In this document: positions 17,683 to 27,826 of the stretch, one piece after another
Layout: each line of letters starts with the position of its first letter
Numbering within the stretch: the stretch's first letter is position 1
Source of the DNA: Pseudomonadales bacterium
GTDB lineage: Bacteria > Pseudomonadota > Gammaproteobacteria > Pseudomonadales > Azotimanducaceae
Length of the DNA: 64,000 nucleotides
NCBI GenBank assembly: GCA_040880285.1
Contig: JBBDIT010000055.1
Location: 133,692 to 197,691 of the forward strand
Direction: 5' to 3'
Translations under genes and position numbers: made by a program
The notes under the pieces: generated by a model
What the model was told of the DNA's origin: nothing
Databases searched by the model: none
What the model saw: only the letters and a program-made list of their open reading frames with translations

Positions 17683-18339
17683 ATGCAAAGAAGATTTAAA
17701 CTGCTACACAATGCGTCTATAGCGCCTCTCATCAAGGTGTGCGTTATTGCAACCTCGGCATTCTGGCTGCCGACGGTAGCCAGTGCAGAACTCTATAAAT
17801 ATGTCAACGAGGACGGCGTCACTGTTCTCGACAGCCATGTCCCTGCGCGCTACGTCAAGAAGGGTTACACCATATTGAGTCTCGATGGTCGCGTTCTCGA
17901 GGTGGTGCCCCGCGCCCTGTCGGAAGAAGAGATCCGCCAACGTGACCGGGAAATTGCCGAGCAGCGCAGATTGGATGAGGAGCGGGAAGCGCGGGAACTG
18001 GCGGATGAGAATCTCCTGCGACTATATAGTCGACCGGAAGACGTCATCCGAGCCAGGGATAGTAAGCTTGCCAGTATCAGGGGTTTTATAGAAACCAGTA
18101 ACGGTAATATCGAACGGCTTGAAGAACAAAAGAGTGAGATTGAAGCAGAACTTGCCAATATTGAGCGTGCAGGCGGCACGATCAGCAAGGCGCGGTTGGA
18201 TCGAATTCGGACGATTGACACCCGGATCAAAGCGATCAGCAAAGAAATTGAAGACAAAGAGCGCGAGATAGACCAGTTACGTGGCTCTTTTGCCGCAGAC
18301 CTCAAACGGGTTCGCGAATTGTACGGTGAGGACGGCTAG
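17683..18339 (+). CDS. DUF4124-domain secreted protein with charged coiled-coil C-terminus
   Basis: Signal peptide followed by the ELYKYVNEDGVTVLDSHVP motif characteristic of DUF4124. The remainder is E/R/K-rich heptad-like sequence. Confidence 0.7.
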   Translation: MQRRFKLLHNASIAPLIKVCVIATSAFWLPTVASAELYKYVNEDGVTVLDSHVPARYVKKGYTILSLDGRVLEVVPRALSEEEIRQRDREIAEQRRLDEEREARELADENLLRLYSRPEDVIRARDSKLASIRGFIETSNGNIERLEEQKSEIEAELANIERAGGTISKARLDRIRTIDTRIKAISKEIEDKEREIDQLRGSFAADLKRVRELYGEDG

Positions 18340-18386
18340 GGAACGTCTGAACAAGTATGCAAAGTCTTGTCGGGGAGGTTTGGGCG

Positions 18387-18482
18387 GGAAGTCAAGAACC
18401 TGTCCTGGAAGGCGTGGGCCATCCCTGGCCCGGTCCCGTTACATCCCTGTACCTAGCCTTCCATAACAGGTTCTTGACTTCC
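18387..18482. repeat. Perfect 17-bp inverted repeat (core of a longer nested hairpin element) between convergent genes
   Basis: GGAAGTCAAGAACCTGT (18387-18403) and ACAGGTTCTTGACTTCC (18466-18482). After a 2-nt mismatch the stem extends with TGGAAGGC (18406-18413) / GCCTTCCA (18456-18463). An inner hairpin GGGCCA-TCCC-TGGCCC sits at 18416-18431. Confidence 0.8.
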
Positions 18483-18531
18483 TACTCGACAGATTGACGT
18501 CCACTTGTTTAGAGGTTCCCTGGCAATTTCG

Positions 18532-19122
18532 CTACGGGTTCTTGAAAACCGCTGAACAAATCGCGTTCCATTGCGCGGACCAGTCTCGAGTCGGCATACG
18601 CGTAAAATTACTCCTTACAAACTGACTGATTCGCCCCTCGGCCGCGCTGAGCATGAGGTTAGCTGCCACGTTGACGTCCAGGGTTGGGCCATGCCCTTCT
18701 CTCATCTCAGCCTCACGCAAAAACTGTCGCAGCTGGGTTTCAAAACGTTCAAAAAGCTGGGTGACTCTCGTGCGCAAGCGATCTGTCTCACCTGCCAGCG
18801 GGTCACCAGTCAGAATACGGGTAATACCAGGATTTCGCTCTGCAAATGTCAGTAGCAAAGTGATCGATTGGTTGCACCGTTCACGCGCTGATGGCTCTTC
18901 ATTCATAATGATATGAATGCGGGAAAAAATGGTGTCTTCTATAAATTCGATCAGGGCATCGAACATCTTTGCCTTGCTGGGAAAGTGTCTGTACAACGCG
19001 GCTTCTGAAACGCCCACCTGCCTCGCCAGGCCCGAGGTCGTGATGCGCTCACCCGGTGACTGTTCGAGCATGGTTGCGAGGGCCTGGAGTATCTGTTGTT
19101 TGCGTGATGGTTTCTCGCTCAT
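18532..19122 (-). CDS. slmA: Nucleoid occlusion factor SlmA (TetR family)
   Basis: [43 protein letters not shown] and [11 protein letters not shown] are near-collinear with E. coli SlmA ([39 protein letters not shown]...NPGLTRILTGH). Confidence 0.9.
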   Translation of the reverse strand: [196 protein letters not shown]

Positions 19123-19125
19123 GCG

Positions 19126-20070
<945 letters not shown>

Positions 20071-20100
20071 TTAGTTCCTTATCTGGCTTGGCAGAATCGA

Positions 20101-22614
20101 TCAGATTTTGAAATCCAGAGAATTGTCGACTGCTTGTAATCGTTCCTTGAAGAGCTCCGCTATGCGTTTAAGTACACCCGCGTTATCTGCTTCAAACCTG
20201 AGTGTCAGGTCAGGACTGGTATTGGAGGCGCGCACGAGTCCCCATCCATCAGCAAAGTCAATCCTGAGGCCGTCAATAGTTGTAACCGTACCATCGCCAA
20301 AGCTGGGACCATCGACAAGACTTTGGACAATGCTAAACTTGTGATGCTCATCGACCGGGATACGAATTTCTGGCGTAGAAACACTTGTCGGGAACTGAGC
20401 CAGGAGCTCATCTAGCCCCTCCGACTGACTGCCGACGATTTCCAGTAGGCGCGCTGCGGCATAGAGGCCGTCATCAAACCCGTACCAGCGCTCTCCAAAA
20501 CAGATATGTCCTGACATTTCGCCCCCCAGGGCCGCACCTGTCTCGAGCATTTTTGCCTTGATAAAGGAGTGCCCACTACGGCTGATAATAGGGCGACCAC
20601 CGAAGCTACTGATGACTGAGTTGAGATGACGTGTACACTTGACATCATAGACGACGTCCGATCCCGGGTTACGTGACACCACATCCCTGGCAAAGAGCAT
20701 CAAGAGACGGTCTGGCCAGACAATTTCCCCTTTTTTGGTCACCGCCACCAGGCGATCACCATCACCGTCAAATGCGATGCCAAGGTCTGCGCCTTCGGAC
20801 TTGACCATCAACACAAGATCGGACAGGTTTTCAGCCACCGTTGGATCCGGGGGGTGATTTGGGAAGGTCCCGTCTACATCGCAATAGAGCGGTGTTACGT
20901 CACAACCAAGGCCGGCAAACAAATCCGGCGCGACTGCACCGGCGATGCCATTTGCACAATCGATTACGATTTTGAGCGGTTGCGCCACGACAACATCATC
21001 AGTAATCGCTTCGATGTAATCTTGAGTGATGTCTGCCTCGGAGACATTACCAGAACCAGAGCTGAAGTTTTCTGCGACCACACGGGCATAGATGCGCTGG
21101 ATATCCTCTTCTACCAGAGTGCGGCCATCAAGGACGATCTTGAATCCATTGTAGTTTGCCGGATTGTGGCTGGCTGTTACCATCACGCCGCTTCGCGCCT
21201 CAGAATTCTGGGTTGCATAGTAAACAATGGGTGTTGGTACACTGCCAATATTAATAATGTCGCGACCGGATTCGGTCAATCCTTCGATCAATGCCTCGAC
21301 CACTGAAGGGCTCGATACACGGCCATCTGCCCCAACGATCAACGTCTGCTCCCCGATTTCTCCAGCCTCTGTGCCAATCGCGAGGCCAATCTTTTTGATA
21401 ACCGCAGGTGTCAACGTCTGATCGACAATCCCACGAATGTCGTAAGCTCGAAAAATTTCGGCCAGCGCTGGATCATCCTGCGTGGGCGCTGATTTCGCAT
21501 CAGGTTTGGAGGGTTCTTCTCTGGCTACCTTTTGTTGCATTTCTCGTTCATAGTCTTCTTCATCTATCTCCTCGATATCGACCATTTCTTCACGAGGCTT
21601 CTGTTTTGGCTGCAGGGTAACATTGAGTTTTTCAACTTCAGGCTTTATCTCATTTTTTCGACCCATTCGATGGAGATTGGCATCAAGGTCAACAAATGCG
21701 TGTAGATCATAGTCGGTGGAATGTGAGTATTCGCCTTTAATGACTTCAGTAATCTGATTGGCCAGGCGTGCGGCGTCGGCGTTGGTCCTCTTTAGTAGCG
21801 AAGAGACGCCGGCAAGGGTTCCGGCAATCGCCACTACAAGAAAAACGATAAGAGGCATGAGGAATTCGATCGGACTTGAAATGGGCGCGTTGATAACCGT
21901 TGGAGAGGGATAGTATATGAGCGACCAGTTGACATTGTTGAGGCGTCTTCTGATCTCGCTTCCAGCGACTCCATTGCCGCCGAGTGTCAGAATGTCGTTC
22001 GATGTCCCGCCAAAAGTCTGAATCAGCCGTACCTCACCATCGAGTAATTCGGAGAGACCATCACTGAGTGCGCTCATCTCAAGGTAGACGAACAGAGTCC
22101 CCTTAATTTCCTCGTCTGAAGGTGTCTTGATGGGTGCTGCCAGACCTAGTACCCAGCCCTCGTCGGTTCTTATGGCTTCCGGGTGGATAGCTATACCTGC
22201 CTCAACCTGGTTGACCATTGTTTTTGATGTAAATGAAAATGGTGGGTCGGCACCCGGGTCTGCCTCGGCAGTGCCTGGCGGGAATAGTCGAAGACGAATC
22301 GCATTGGGAATGAGTTCGGCAAGGCGCGCTTCTTCTTGTAAAAGCTCGGCTTTGGTGCCCCCGGTCACCAGTTGACCAAGCAGGTTACTGGTCGCTGCCG
22401 TCCTTGCCTGATCCAGTAGGCGGGCTTCCCGCTGGTTTAATTGGAACTGTAAAACATCTGCTTTGTGACTTGCGACCGCGTTGCCATGGAACTTTGAAAT
22501 GCCCGCGTGTAATACCAGTATCGAAATTGCAGCAGCTATGACAAACGCTGCGATGCCGATGGCGATGGGGAGCCTGGCGAAAGTCATTAGCTCATTTTTG
22601 GTTTTGTTAGCCAC
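20101..22614 (-). CDS. algC: Phosphomannomutase/phosphoglucomutase (AlgC-type) with a roughly 380-aa N-terminal two-TM extension
   Basis: The C-terminal ~450 aa begins at IFRAYDIRGIV (residue 387). It carries the catalytic TASHNP serine loop, the DGDGDR metal loop and GEMSGH. The N-terminus has two hydrophobic helices (LPIAIGIAAFVIAAAISILVL; FLMPLIVFLVVAIAGTLAGV) flanking about 215 aa, then an acidic linker. Confidence 0.9.
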   Translation of the reverse strand: MANKTKNELMTFARLPIAIGIAAFVIAAAISILVLHAGISKFHGNAVASHKADVLQFQLNQREARLLDQARTAATSNLLGQLVTGGTKAELLQEEARLAELIPNAIRLRLFPPGTAEADPGADPPFSFTSKTMVNQVEAGIAIHPEAIRTDEGWVLGLAAPIKTPSDEEIKGTLFVYLEMSALSDGLSELLDGEVRLIQTFGGTSNDILTLGGNGVAGSEIRRRLNNVNWSLIYYPSPTVINAPISSPIEFLMPLIVFLVVAIAGTLAGVSSLLKRTNADAARLANQITEVIKGEYSHSTDYDLHAFVDLDANLHRMGRKNEIKPEVEKLNVTLQPKQKPREEMVDIEEIDEEDYEREMQQKVAREEPSKPDAKSAPTQDDPALAEIFRAYDIRGIVDQTLTPAVIKKIGLAIGTEAGEIGEQTLIVGADGRVSSPSVVEALIEGLTESGRDIINIGSVPTPIVYYATQNSEARSGVMVTASHNPANYNGFKIVLDGRTLVEEDIQRIYARVVAENFSSGSGNVSEADITQDYIEAITDDVVVAQPLKIVIDCANGIAGAVAPDLFAGLGCDVTPLYCDVDGTFPNHPPDPTVAENLSDLVLMVKSEGADLGIAFDGDGDRLVAVTKKGEIVWPDRLLMLFARDVVSRNPGSDVVYDVKCTRHLNSVISSFGGRPIISRSGHSFIKAKMLETGAALGGEMSGHICFGERWYGFDDGLYAAARLLEIVGSQSEGLDELLAQFPTSVSTPEIRIPVDEHHKFSIVQSLVDGPSFGDGTVTTIDGLRIDFADGWGLVRASNTSPDLTLRFEADNAGVLKRIAELFKERLQAVDNSLDFKI

Positions 22615-22623
22615 GATTCACCT

Positions 22624-23091
22624 TTATTGTTTTCCGGAGGAGCCAAAGCCACCAGCGCCCCGTACGGTTTCTGTAAATTCTTCCACCACTTTAAATGACG
22701 CCTGGACCACCGGAACCAGCACTAGCTGGGCCACGCGGTCTCCCGGCTCAATAGTAAATTCCGTGGCTCCTCTGTTCCAGCAGGAAATCATGAGTTCACC
22801 CTGGTAGTCAGAGTCGATTAATCCGACCAGGTTGCCGAGCACGATGCCGTGCTTATGGCCGAGGCCTGACCTCGGGAGAATTACAGCAGCGAGTCCCGGA
22901 TCACCGATGAAGATTGAGATTCCGGTAGCGATAAGTTCTGAATCCCCTGGCCCGATGCGGCAGGGCGTATCGATGCAGGCTCTCAAGTCCATCCCGGCAG
23001 AACCCTCGGTAGAATACGAAGGCAGCGGAATTGACTCGCCTATCAATGGGCTCAGAATTTTTACCTGCAATTCTCTTGTAGAACTAGTCAT
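22624..23091 (-). CDS. dut: dUTP diphosphatase
   Basis: 155 aa. [23 protein letters not shown] and [10 protein letters not shown] motifs. Confidence 0.95.
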   Translation of the reverse strand: MTSSTRELQVKILSPLIGESIPLPSYSTEGSAGMDLRACIDTPCRIGPGDSELIATGISIFIGDPGLAAVILPRSGLGHKHGIVLGNLVGLIDSDYQGELMISCWNRGATEFTIEPGDRVAQLVLVPVVQASFKVVEEFTETVRGAGGFGSSGKQ

Positions 23092-23116
23092 CGGCGTACG
23101 CGGTTATTTACGATCG

Positions 23117-24331
23117 TCAATTTTGAATTGGCAATTTGCTCGATATCATTTCGATGATACGGTTTGCGACGTGTCTCTTGGACGCCACGGGCAACGTTTC
23201 CTCGTGATCAGCGAATAACACCGTAATCTGGTTTTCATCACTGTTGAATCCAATGGCCTGATCGGATACATCATTGGCAACGACCATATCGAGCTTTTTC
23301 TTGATCAGCTTTTTACGAGCATACTCAACGAGGTTCTCAGTCTCGGCGGCAAAGCCAACGGTAAACGGATGCGAGGCCAGATTCGCCACACTCGCGATGA
23401 TGTCCGGATTCTCGATTAGTTCAATCGTTAATAGCTGATTGGATGGTGCATCCCCCTTTTTTATCTTCTGGTTCACCCTTTGGACAGGTTTGTAGTCAGC
23501 AACGGCGGCCACTCCGATAAATACATCACTGTCGTCCACTTCGGCCATGACCGCGTTGTACATATCATCGGCGCTCACGACATCGATCCGTTTTACGCGA
23601 TCCGGCGCAGGCAGGTTTGTCGGCCCTGAAACCAGAACGACTTCTGCTCCGGCCTCAACAGCGGCCTCGGCCAGGGCGTAACCTTGTTTACCGCTACTCT
23701 GGTTGCTGATGTAACGAACAGGATCAATTGCCTCGCGAGTAGGTCCAGCGGTGATCAGTACTTTCTTACCTGACAATAGCCCTGAGGGGAAAAGCTTACC
23801 GGTTAAATCGACAATTCCTTCGACGTCGAGGAGGCGGCCAGCGCCTACTTCACCGCAAGCCTGCAGACCTTCATCGGGGCCAAATATCTCAATATGGTTT
23901 TGGGTAAGGTGGATGACGTTATCCTGTGTCGCCTCATTGGTCCACATGCCCTGGTTCATTGCGGGTGCCACGGCGACACGACACTGGGCGGCGAGACAGA
24001 TGGTCGTCAGCAGGTCATCGCCATGTCCCTGGGCCAGCTTGGCAAGGAAGTTGGCACTGGCGGGCGCGATTAAAATGAGGTCTGCCCAGCGTGCGAGCTC
24101 GATATGACCCATCACGGATTCTGTTTCCGTGTCCAGCAGGTCCTGATGGACCGGGTGTCCGGACAAGGCCTGTAAGGTCAAAGGCGTAATGAACTCAGTC
24201 GCCGCCCGGGTCATGACCACTCTGACGTCGGCACCCTGGTCCTGCAGACGGCGAATCAATTCGGCGCTCTTGTACGCGGCAATTCCACCGGTAACACCTA
24301 ACAGGATTCTTTTGTTTTGCAGGCTGGACAT
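23117..24331 (-). CDS. coaBC: Bifunctional phosphopantothenoylcysteine decarboxylase / phosphopantothenate-cysteine ligase
   Basis: 404 aa. N-terminal flavoprotein domain (ILLGVTGGIAAYK, PAMN) plus a C-terminal DFP ligase domain (ITAGPTREAIDPVRYISNQSSGKQG). Confidence 0.95.
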   Translation of the reverse strand: MSSLQNKRILLGVTGGIAAYKSAELIRRLQDQGADVRVVMTRAATEFITPLTLQALSGHPVHQDLLDTETESVMGHIELARWADLILIAPASANFLAKLAQGHGDDLLTTICLAAQCRVAVAPAMNQGMWTNEATQDNVIHLTQNHIEIFGPDEGLQACGEVGAGRLLDVEGIVDLTGKLFPSGLLSGKKVLITAGPTREAIDPVRYISNQSSGKQGYALAEAAVEAGAEVVLVSGPTNLPAPDRVKRIDVVSADDMYNAVMAEVDDSDVFIGVAAVADYKPVQRVNQKIKKGDAPSNQLLTIELIENPDIIASVANLASHPFTVGFAAETENLVEYARKKLIKKKLDMVVANDVSDQAIGFNSDENQITVLFADHEETLPVASKRHVANRIIEMISSKLPIQN

Positions 24332-24474
24332 GGGCGTATGTGCGAGTGTCTCAGGGTCTTGAGTTAGATGAACCTACAACAATGCTGGAACGTGTCTTAC
24401 AGTCATCCCGATCTTGCTGCGCCACAATTTGAACGCATAAGGTTACCACACACAAATGGCTGTGTTGTAAGTGA

Positions 24475-25179
24475 TTGTTCACTTGTTTAAGGAGCAGAGA
24501 TACATTGTCGTTAGTCGATTGGCCTCGTTCAGAACGGCCGCGGGAGAAACTCCTCAAATGTGGTGCAGCGGCCCTCTCTGACGCTGAGTTGCTTGCCATA
24601 TTCCTGCGAACCGGCACGAGTGGTCTGCCGGTAGTCCATCTCGCCCGGGAATTACTATCAAGCTTTGGTGGTATTCGTGGCCTGCTTGAGGCAGACGAGG
24701 AGACCCTGACGGTTGCAAAGGGCGTGGGACCGGCAAAATATGCACAGCTACGGGCAGCGCTTGAGTTAACCCAGCGATATCTCCAGGCGGGATTTGAGCG
24801 CGGGGATGCAATTTCCGACCCGGCGGTAACCCGGCAATATCTCAAGGGCAAGCTGCGCGGCTACGGGCGTGAGGTCTTTGCGTGCATGTACCTCGATAAC
24901 CAGCATCGGCTGATCTCCTACGAGGAGCTCTTTTTTGGGACCATTGACGGGGCCAGCGTGCATCCCCGGGAAGTCGTCAAGCGTGTCCTCAAACACAACG
25001 CCGCCGCGGTCATCTTTGCACATAACCATCCGTCCGGTGTCGCCGAACCGAGCCAGGCGGACCGGCGTATTACCGACCGGCTAAAGTCCGCCCTGTTGCT
25101 GATAGATGTGCGGGTCCTCGACCACATGATTGTGGGGGACCAGGAGGTTTTGTCCTTTGCCGAGAGGGGATTATTATGA
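24475..25179 (+). CDS. radC: RadC-family JAB/MPN-domain protein
   Basis: [26 protein letters not shown] (HhH region) and the JAMM motif HNHPSG...PSQADRRIT. The start is uncertain: the ORF-track start is a TTG, and an internal TTG about 12 codons in is also possible. Confidence 0.88.
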   Translation: MFTCLRSRDTLSLVDWPRSERPREKLLKCGAAALSDAELLAIFLRTGTSGLPVVHLARELLSSFGGIRGLLEADEETLTVAKGVGPAKYAQLRAALELTQRYLQAGFERGDAISDPAVTRQYLKGKLRGYGREVFACMYLDNQHRLISYEELFFGTIDGASVHPREVVKRVLKHNAAAVIFAHNHPSGVAEPSQADRRITDRLKSALLLIDVRVLDHMIVGDQEVLSFAERGLL

Positions 25180-25210
25180 AGCCCGGGGCCCGGCGCCTGC
25201 ACAGGAATAT

Positions 25211-25239
25211 TTGATGTCGGTTGCCGCATCTGGTATAAA
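25211..25239 (+). promoter_or_regulatory. Candidate sigma-70 promoter for rpmB-rpmG
   Basis: TTGATG (25211-25216), a 17-nt spacer, then TATAAA (25234-25239), about 60 nt upstream of the rpmB ATG. This is a pattern match only. Confidence 0.4.
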
Positions 25240-25299
25240 GCACGGCTCTTAGCCAACAGCCCTATTTTTTTGGGTCCGAACTCGCAGGGAAAATTCGAC

Positions 25300-25536
25300 A
25301 TGTCAAAGGTATGTCAGGTAACCGGCAAGCGGCCGGTTAGCGGAAACAACGTTTCTCACTCACACGCAAAGACCAAGCGTCGATTTGTGCCAAACGTACA
25401 TGACCATAAATTCTGGCTCGAATCTGAAAACAGGTTCATCAAACTTCGTGTGTCCGCGAAGGGCATGCGCATCATCGATAAAAAAGGTATCGACCAGGTT
25501 GTCGCCGAATTACGCGCCAACGGTAACCGGGTTTAA
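25300..25536 (+). CDS. rpmB: 50S ribosomal protein L28
   Basis: [33 protein letters not shown] is the canonical L28 N-terminus. ATG at 25300; the ORF-track start at 25270 is upstream of it. Confidence 0.95.
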   Translation: MSKVCQVTGKRPVSGNNVSHSHAKTKRRFVPNVHDHKFWLESENRFIKLRVSAKGMRIIDKKGIDQVVAELRANGNRV

Positions 25537-25548
25537 CGGAGGTCTATC

Positions 25549-25704
25549 GTGAGAGAGAAAATCAAACTGGTCTCATCTGCTGGTACTGGTCATTATTACA
25601 CCACGACCAAAAACAAGCGCAATATGCCGGATAAAATGGAGATCAAAAAATTTGATCCCGTCGTTCGCAAGCATGTGATCTACAAAGAAGGCAAGATCAA
25701 GTAA
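25549..25704 (+). CDS. rpmG: 50S ribosomal protein L33
   Basis: Not in ORF track (51 aa). GTG at 25549 follows GGAGG (25538-25542). My translation is [51 protein letters not shown], a canonical L33 sequence. TAA at 25702-25704. Confidence 0.93.
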   Translation: MREKIKLVSSAGTGHYYTTTKNKRNMPDKMEIKKFDPVVRKHVIYKEGKIK

Positions 25705-25705
25705 A

Positions 25706-27688
25706 TTAGCCCTCGGTTCTTTGAAGTACCAGGTTCCCCACTGTATCAATTTGTGCGTGCCATCCGATCTTAACAAGGGTCGTGGAATGGTGCTCTGTTA
25801 CCAGTGCCGGGCCATCAAAGGCATAACCGCCCGGTAAATCTTCCCTTTGGTACAGGGGGACATCCACCTCGATACCCTCTAGAGAAATTGATTTTTTAAC
25901 CACCTGTGAAACCTCTCCGACAACCGGTAACGACAGGGTGCGCGTGTCTGCCTCCAGATGTACTCGCAGATTTAACATTTCCACTGGCCGATCCAGGTCA
26001 TGTCCGTATTGCTGCTTGTGTGCCTGGTGAAACTCTTTGGTGCTAAGGTCCAGGCTGGAATAGGCAACATTGATGGTAAAGGTTTGACCCTGGTAGCGAA
26101 GGTCGAGACTTCGTTTGATCGAGAACTTCTCGATGCCTTCAGCTGCCAATTCTTCCTTGCCCTGGGACTCGAGTTCCCCGTACAGATCGGCGAGGCGCTG
26201 TGCGTCCAGAGCCGATAGCAGGCAGCGGTGAGTTTGGATCAGTTCCCGCCCGGGTGGGCTCGCCAACATCCCGAACGCCGATAGCACGCCACTATTTATG
26301 GGTACGATAGCCTCAGTCATTTGGAGGGACTCGGCCAGATCACAAAAGTGCAGGCCGCCGGCGCCACCAAAGCAAGCCAGTGTGAACTCCCGTGGATCAT
26401 GTCCACGCTGGATCGAGATGACACGGAGTGCTTGGCTCATGTGTTCATTGGCGATCTGGATAATTCCGAACGCCAATTGCACAATAGATATCCCCAGTTC
26501 TTGCGCAAGTGGCGCCATCGCAGCCTCGGCGGCTGACCGATCGAGTTGCATGCGCCCGCCTAGAAATGCGTCTTCCCGTAACCGGCCAAGGACCAGGTTA
26601 GCGTCGGTGACGGTGGGGCGTGTTCCGCCCCTGCCATAGCATGCCGGTCCCGGCTCTGCGCCAGCGCTCTCGGGGCCCACCTGTAACAATCCACCGGCAT
26701 CGACATAGGCAATGGAACCGCCACCGGCGCCGATCGTATGAATATCCGCCATGGGAACGCCAACCGGGAACCCGGCAACGCGACCCTCATTGGTCAGTTT
26801 GATGGCCCCATCCAGCAAGGATACGTCGGTAGACGTACCGCCCATATCGAACGTCATGAGTTTGTGTCGGTTAAGAACATTGCCGATAAATATCGAAGCC
26901 GCCAGACCGCCAGCGGGACCGGATAACAAAAGATTGACCGCCCGGTTGGCGGCCTGGTTCGAGGCGATGGTGAGTCCCGACGATTGCATGATGGACAATG
27001 AGCTCGGAGCCAGGGCTTCACCCAATTCAGTCAAGTATTGATGGATCAAGGGCCCGATCCAGGCGTTGAGCCAGGTAGTCATGCCCCGTTCATACTCGCG
27101 ATACTCCGGCAATACCGTGGAAGATCGAGACACGAAGTAATTGCAGCCTTCTCCACTGAATAACTCTTCAATGGCGATTTCATGCGCTGGCTGCAGGAAC
27201 GAGAACAATAGATTGATTGCGATTGCCTCTGGCGCGAGGGCATCGACTTCTGCTTTCAATTTGCGCAGTTTCTCTTGAGTCAATGGCGTCACTTCCTTGC
27301 CCTGCGCGTCCATTCGGCAATCAATTTCGAACAGAAGCTCTGGCTCAAACGGGTGCGCCCGGGGTGATGGGGTCAGGTCATATAGCCGGTCCCTGGTTTG
27401 GCGTCCGATGAGGAGCAGGTCGCGCAGGCCCTTGTTGGTGATATAAGCCGTGCGAACGCCTTTGCCCTCCAGCGCGGCGTTGGTGGCGACGGTAGTACCG
27501 TGAACGATGACCAGCTCGCCCCTGCTGGCTGCCCCGGACAGTGCCATATCATTGATGCCTTCGAGGATCGCGGTTTGTGGTGAGACAGGATTCGACAATA
27601 CCTTGTGTACCCTTTGCTCATGGCCACTGAATAGAACGAAATCGGTAAACGTTCCTCCCGTGTCGATCCCTAACAGTGCTTTGGCCAT
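25706..27688 (-). CDS. Hydantoinase/oxoprolinase family protein (HyuA-like, A/beta-type subunit)
   Basis: 660 aa. N-terminal LLGIDTGGTFTDFVLF and an internal ASKHA-fold motif (MTFDMGGTSTDVSL) are typical of hydantoinase A / 5-oxoprolinase / acetone-carboxylase beta proteins. There is no HyuB-type partner next to it. Confidence 0.85.
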   Translation of the reverse strand: MAKALLGIDTGGTFTDFVLFSGHEQRVHKVLSNPVSPQTAILEGINDMALSGAASRGELVIVHGTTVATNAALEGKGVRTAYITNKGLRDLLLIGRQTRDRLYDLTPSPRAHPFEPELLFEIDCRMDAQGKEVTPLTQEKLRKLKAEVDALAPEAIAINLLFSFLQPAHEIAIEELFSGEGCNYFVSRSSTVLPEYREYERGMTTWLNAWIGPLIHQYLTELGEALAPSSLSIMQSSGLTIASNQAANRAVNLLLSGPAGGLAASIFIGNVLNRHKLMTFDMGGTSTDVSLLDGAIKLTNEGRVAGFPVGVPMADIHTIGAGGGSIAYVDAGGLLQVGPESAGAEPGPACYGRGGTRPTVTDANLVLGRLREDAFLGGRMQLDRSAAEAAMAPLAQELGISIVQLAFGIIQIANEHMSQALRVISIQRGHDPREFTLACFGGAGGLHFCDLAESLQMTEAIVPINSGVLSAFGMLASPPGRELIQTHRCLLSALDAQRLADLYGELESQGKEELAAEGIEKFSIKRSLDLRYQGQTFTINVAYSSLDLSTKEFHQAHKQQYGHDLDRPVEMLNLRVHLEADTRTLSLPVVGEVSQVVKKSISLEGIEVDVPLYQREDLPGGYAFDGPALVTEHHSTTLVKIGWHAQIDTVGNLVLQRTEG

Positions 27689-27826
27689 CTGGGGTTCTGT
27701 CTCTCCGCTTCATCGGTGCACCGGACGACGTTAACAATAATTACGCCCTTTATCAGCATTGGCGCCTGAGCGATTGAGGCGTAAGGTAATCACTGAAATT
27801 GGAATTTCACCTGTCGGTTGTTGCCA

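Noticed and set aside
18281-18466. 61-aa ORF spanning the DUF4124 gene 3' end and the inverted-repeat element.
   Set aside because: It starts inside the upstream gene out of frame and reads through the palindromic element. Its Arg/Gly/Pro-rich product looks like a translation of structured GC-rich DNA.
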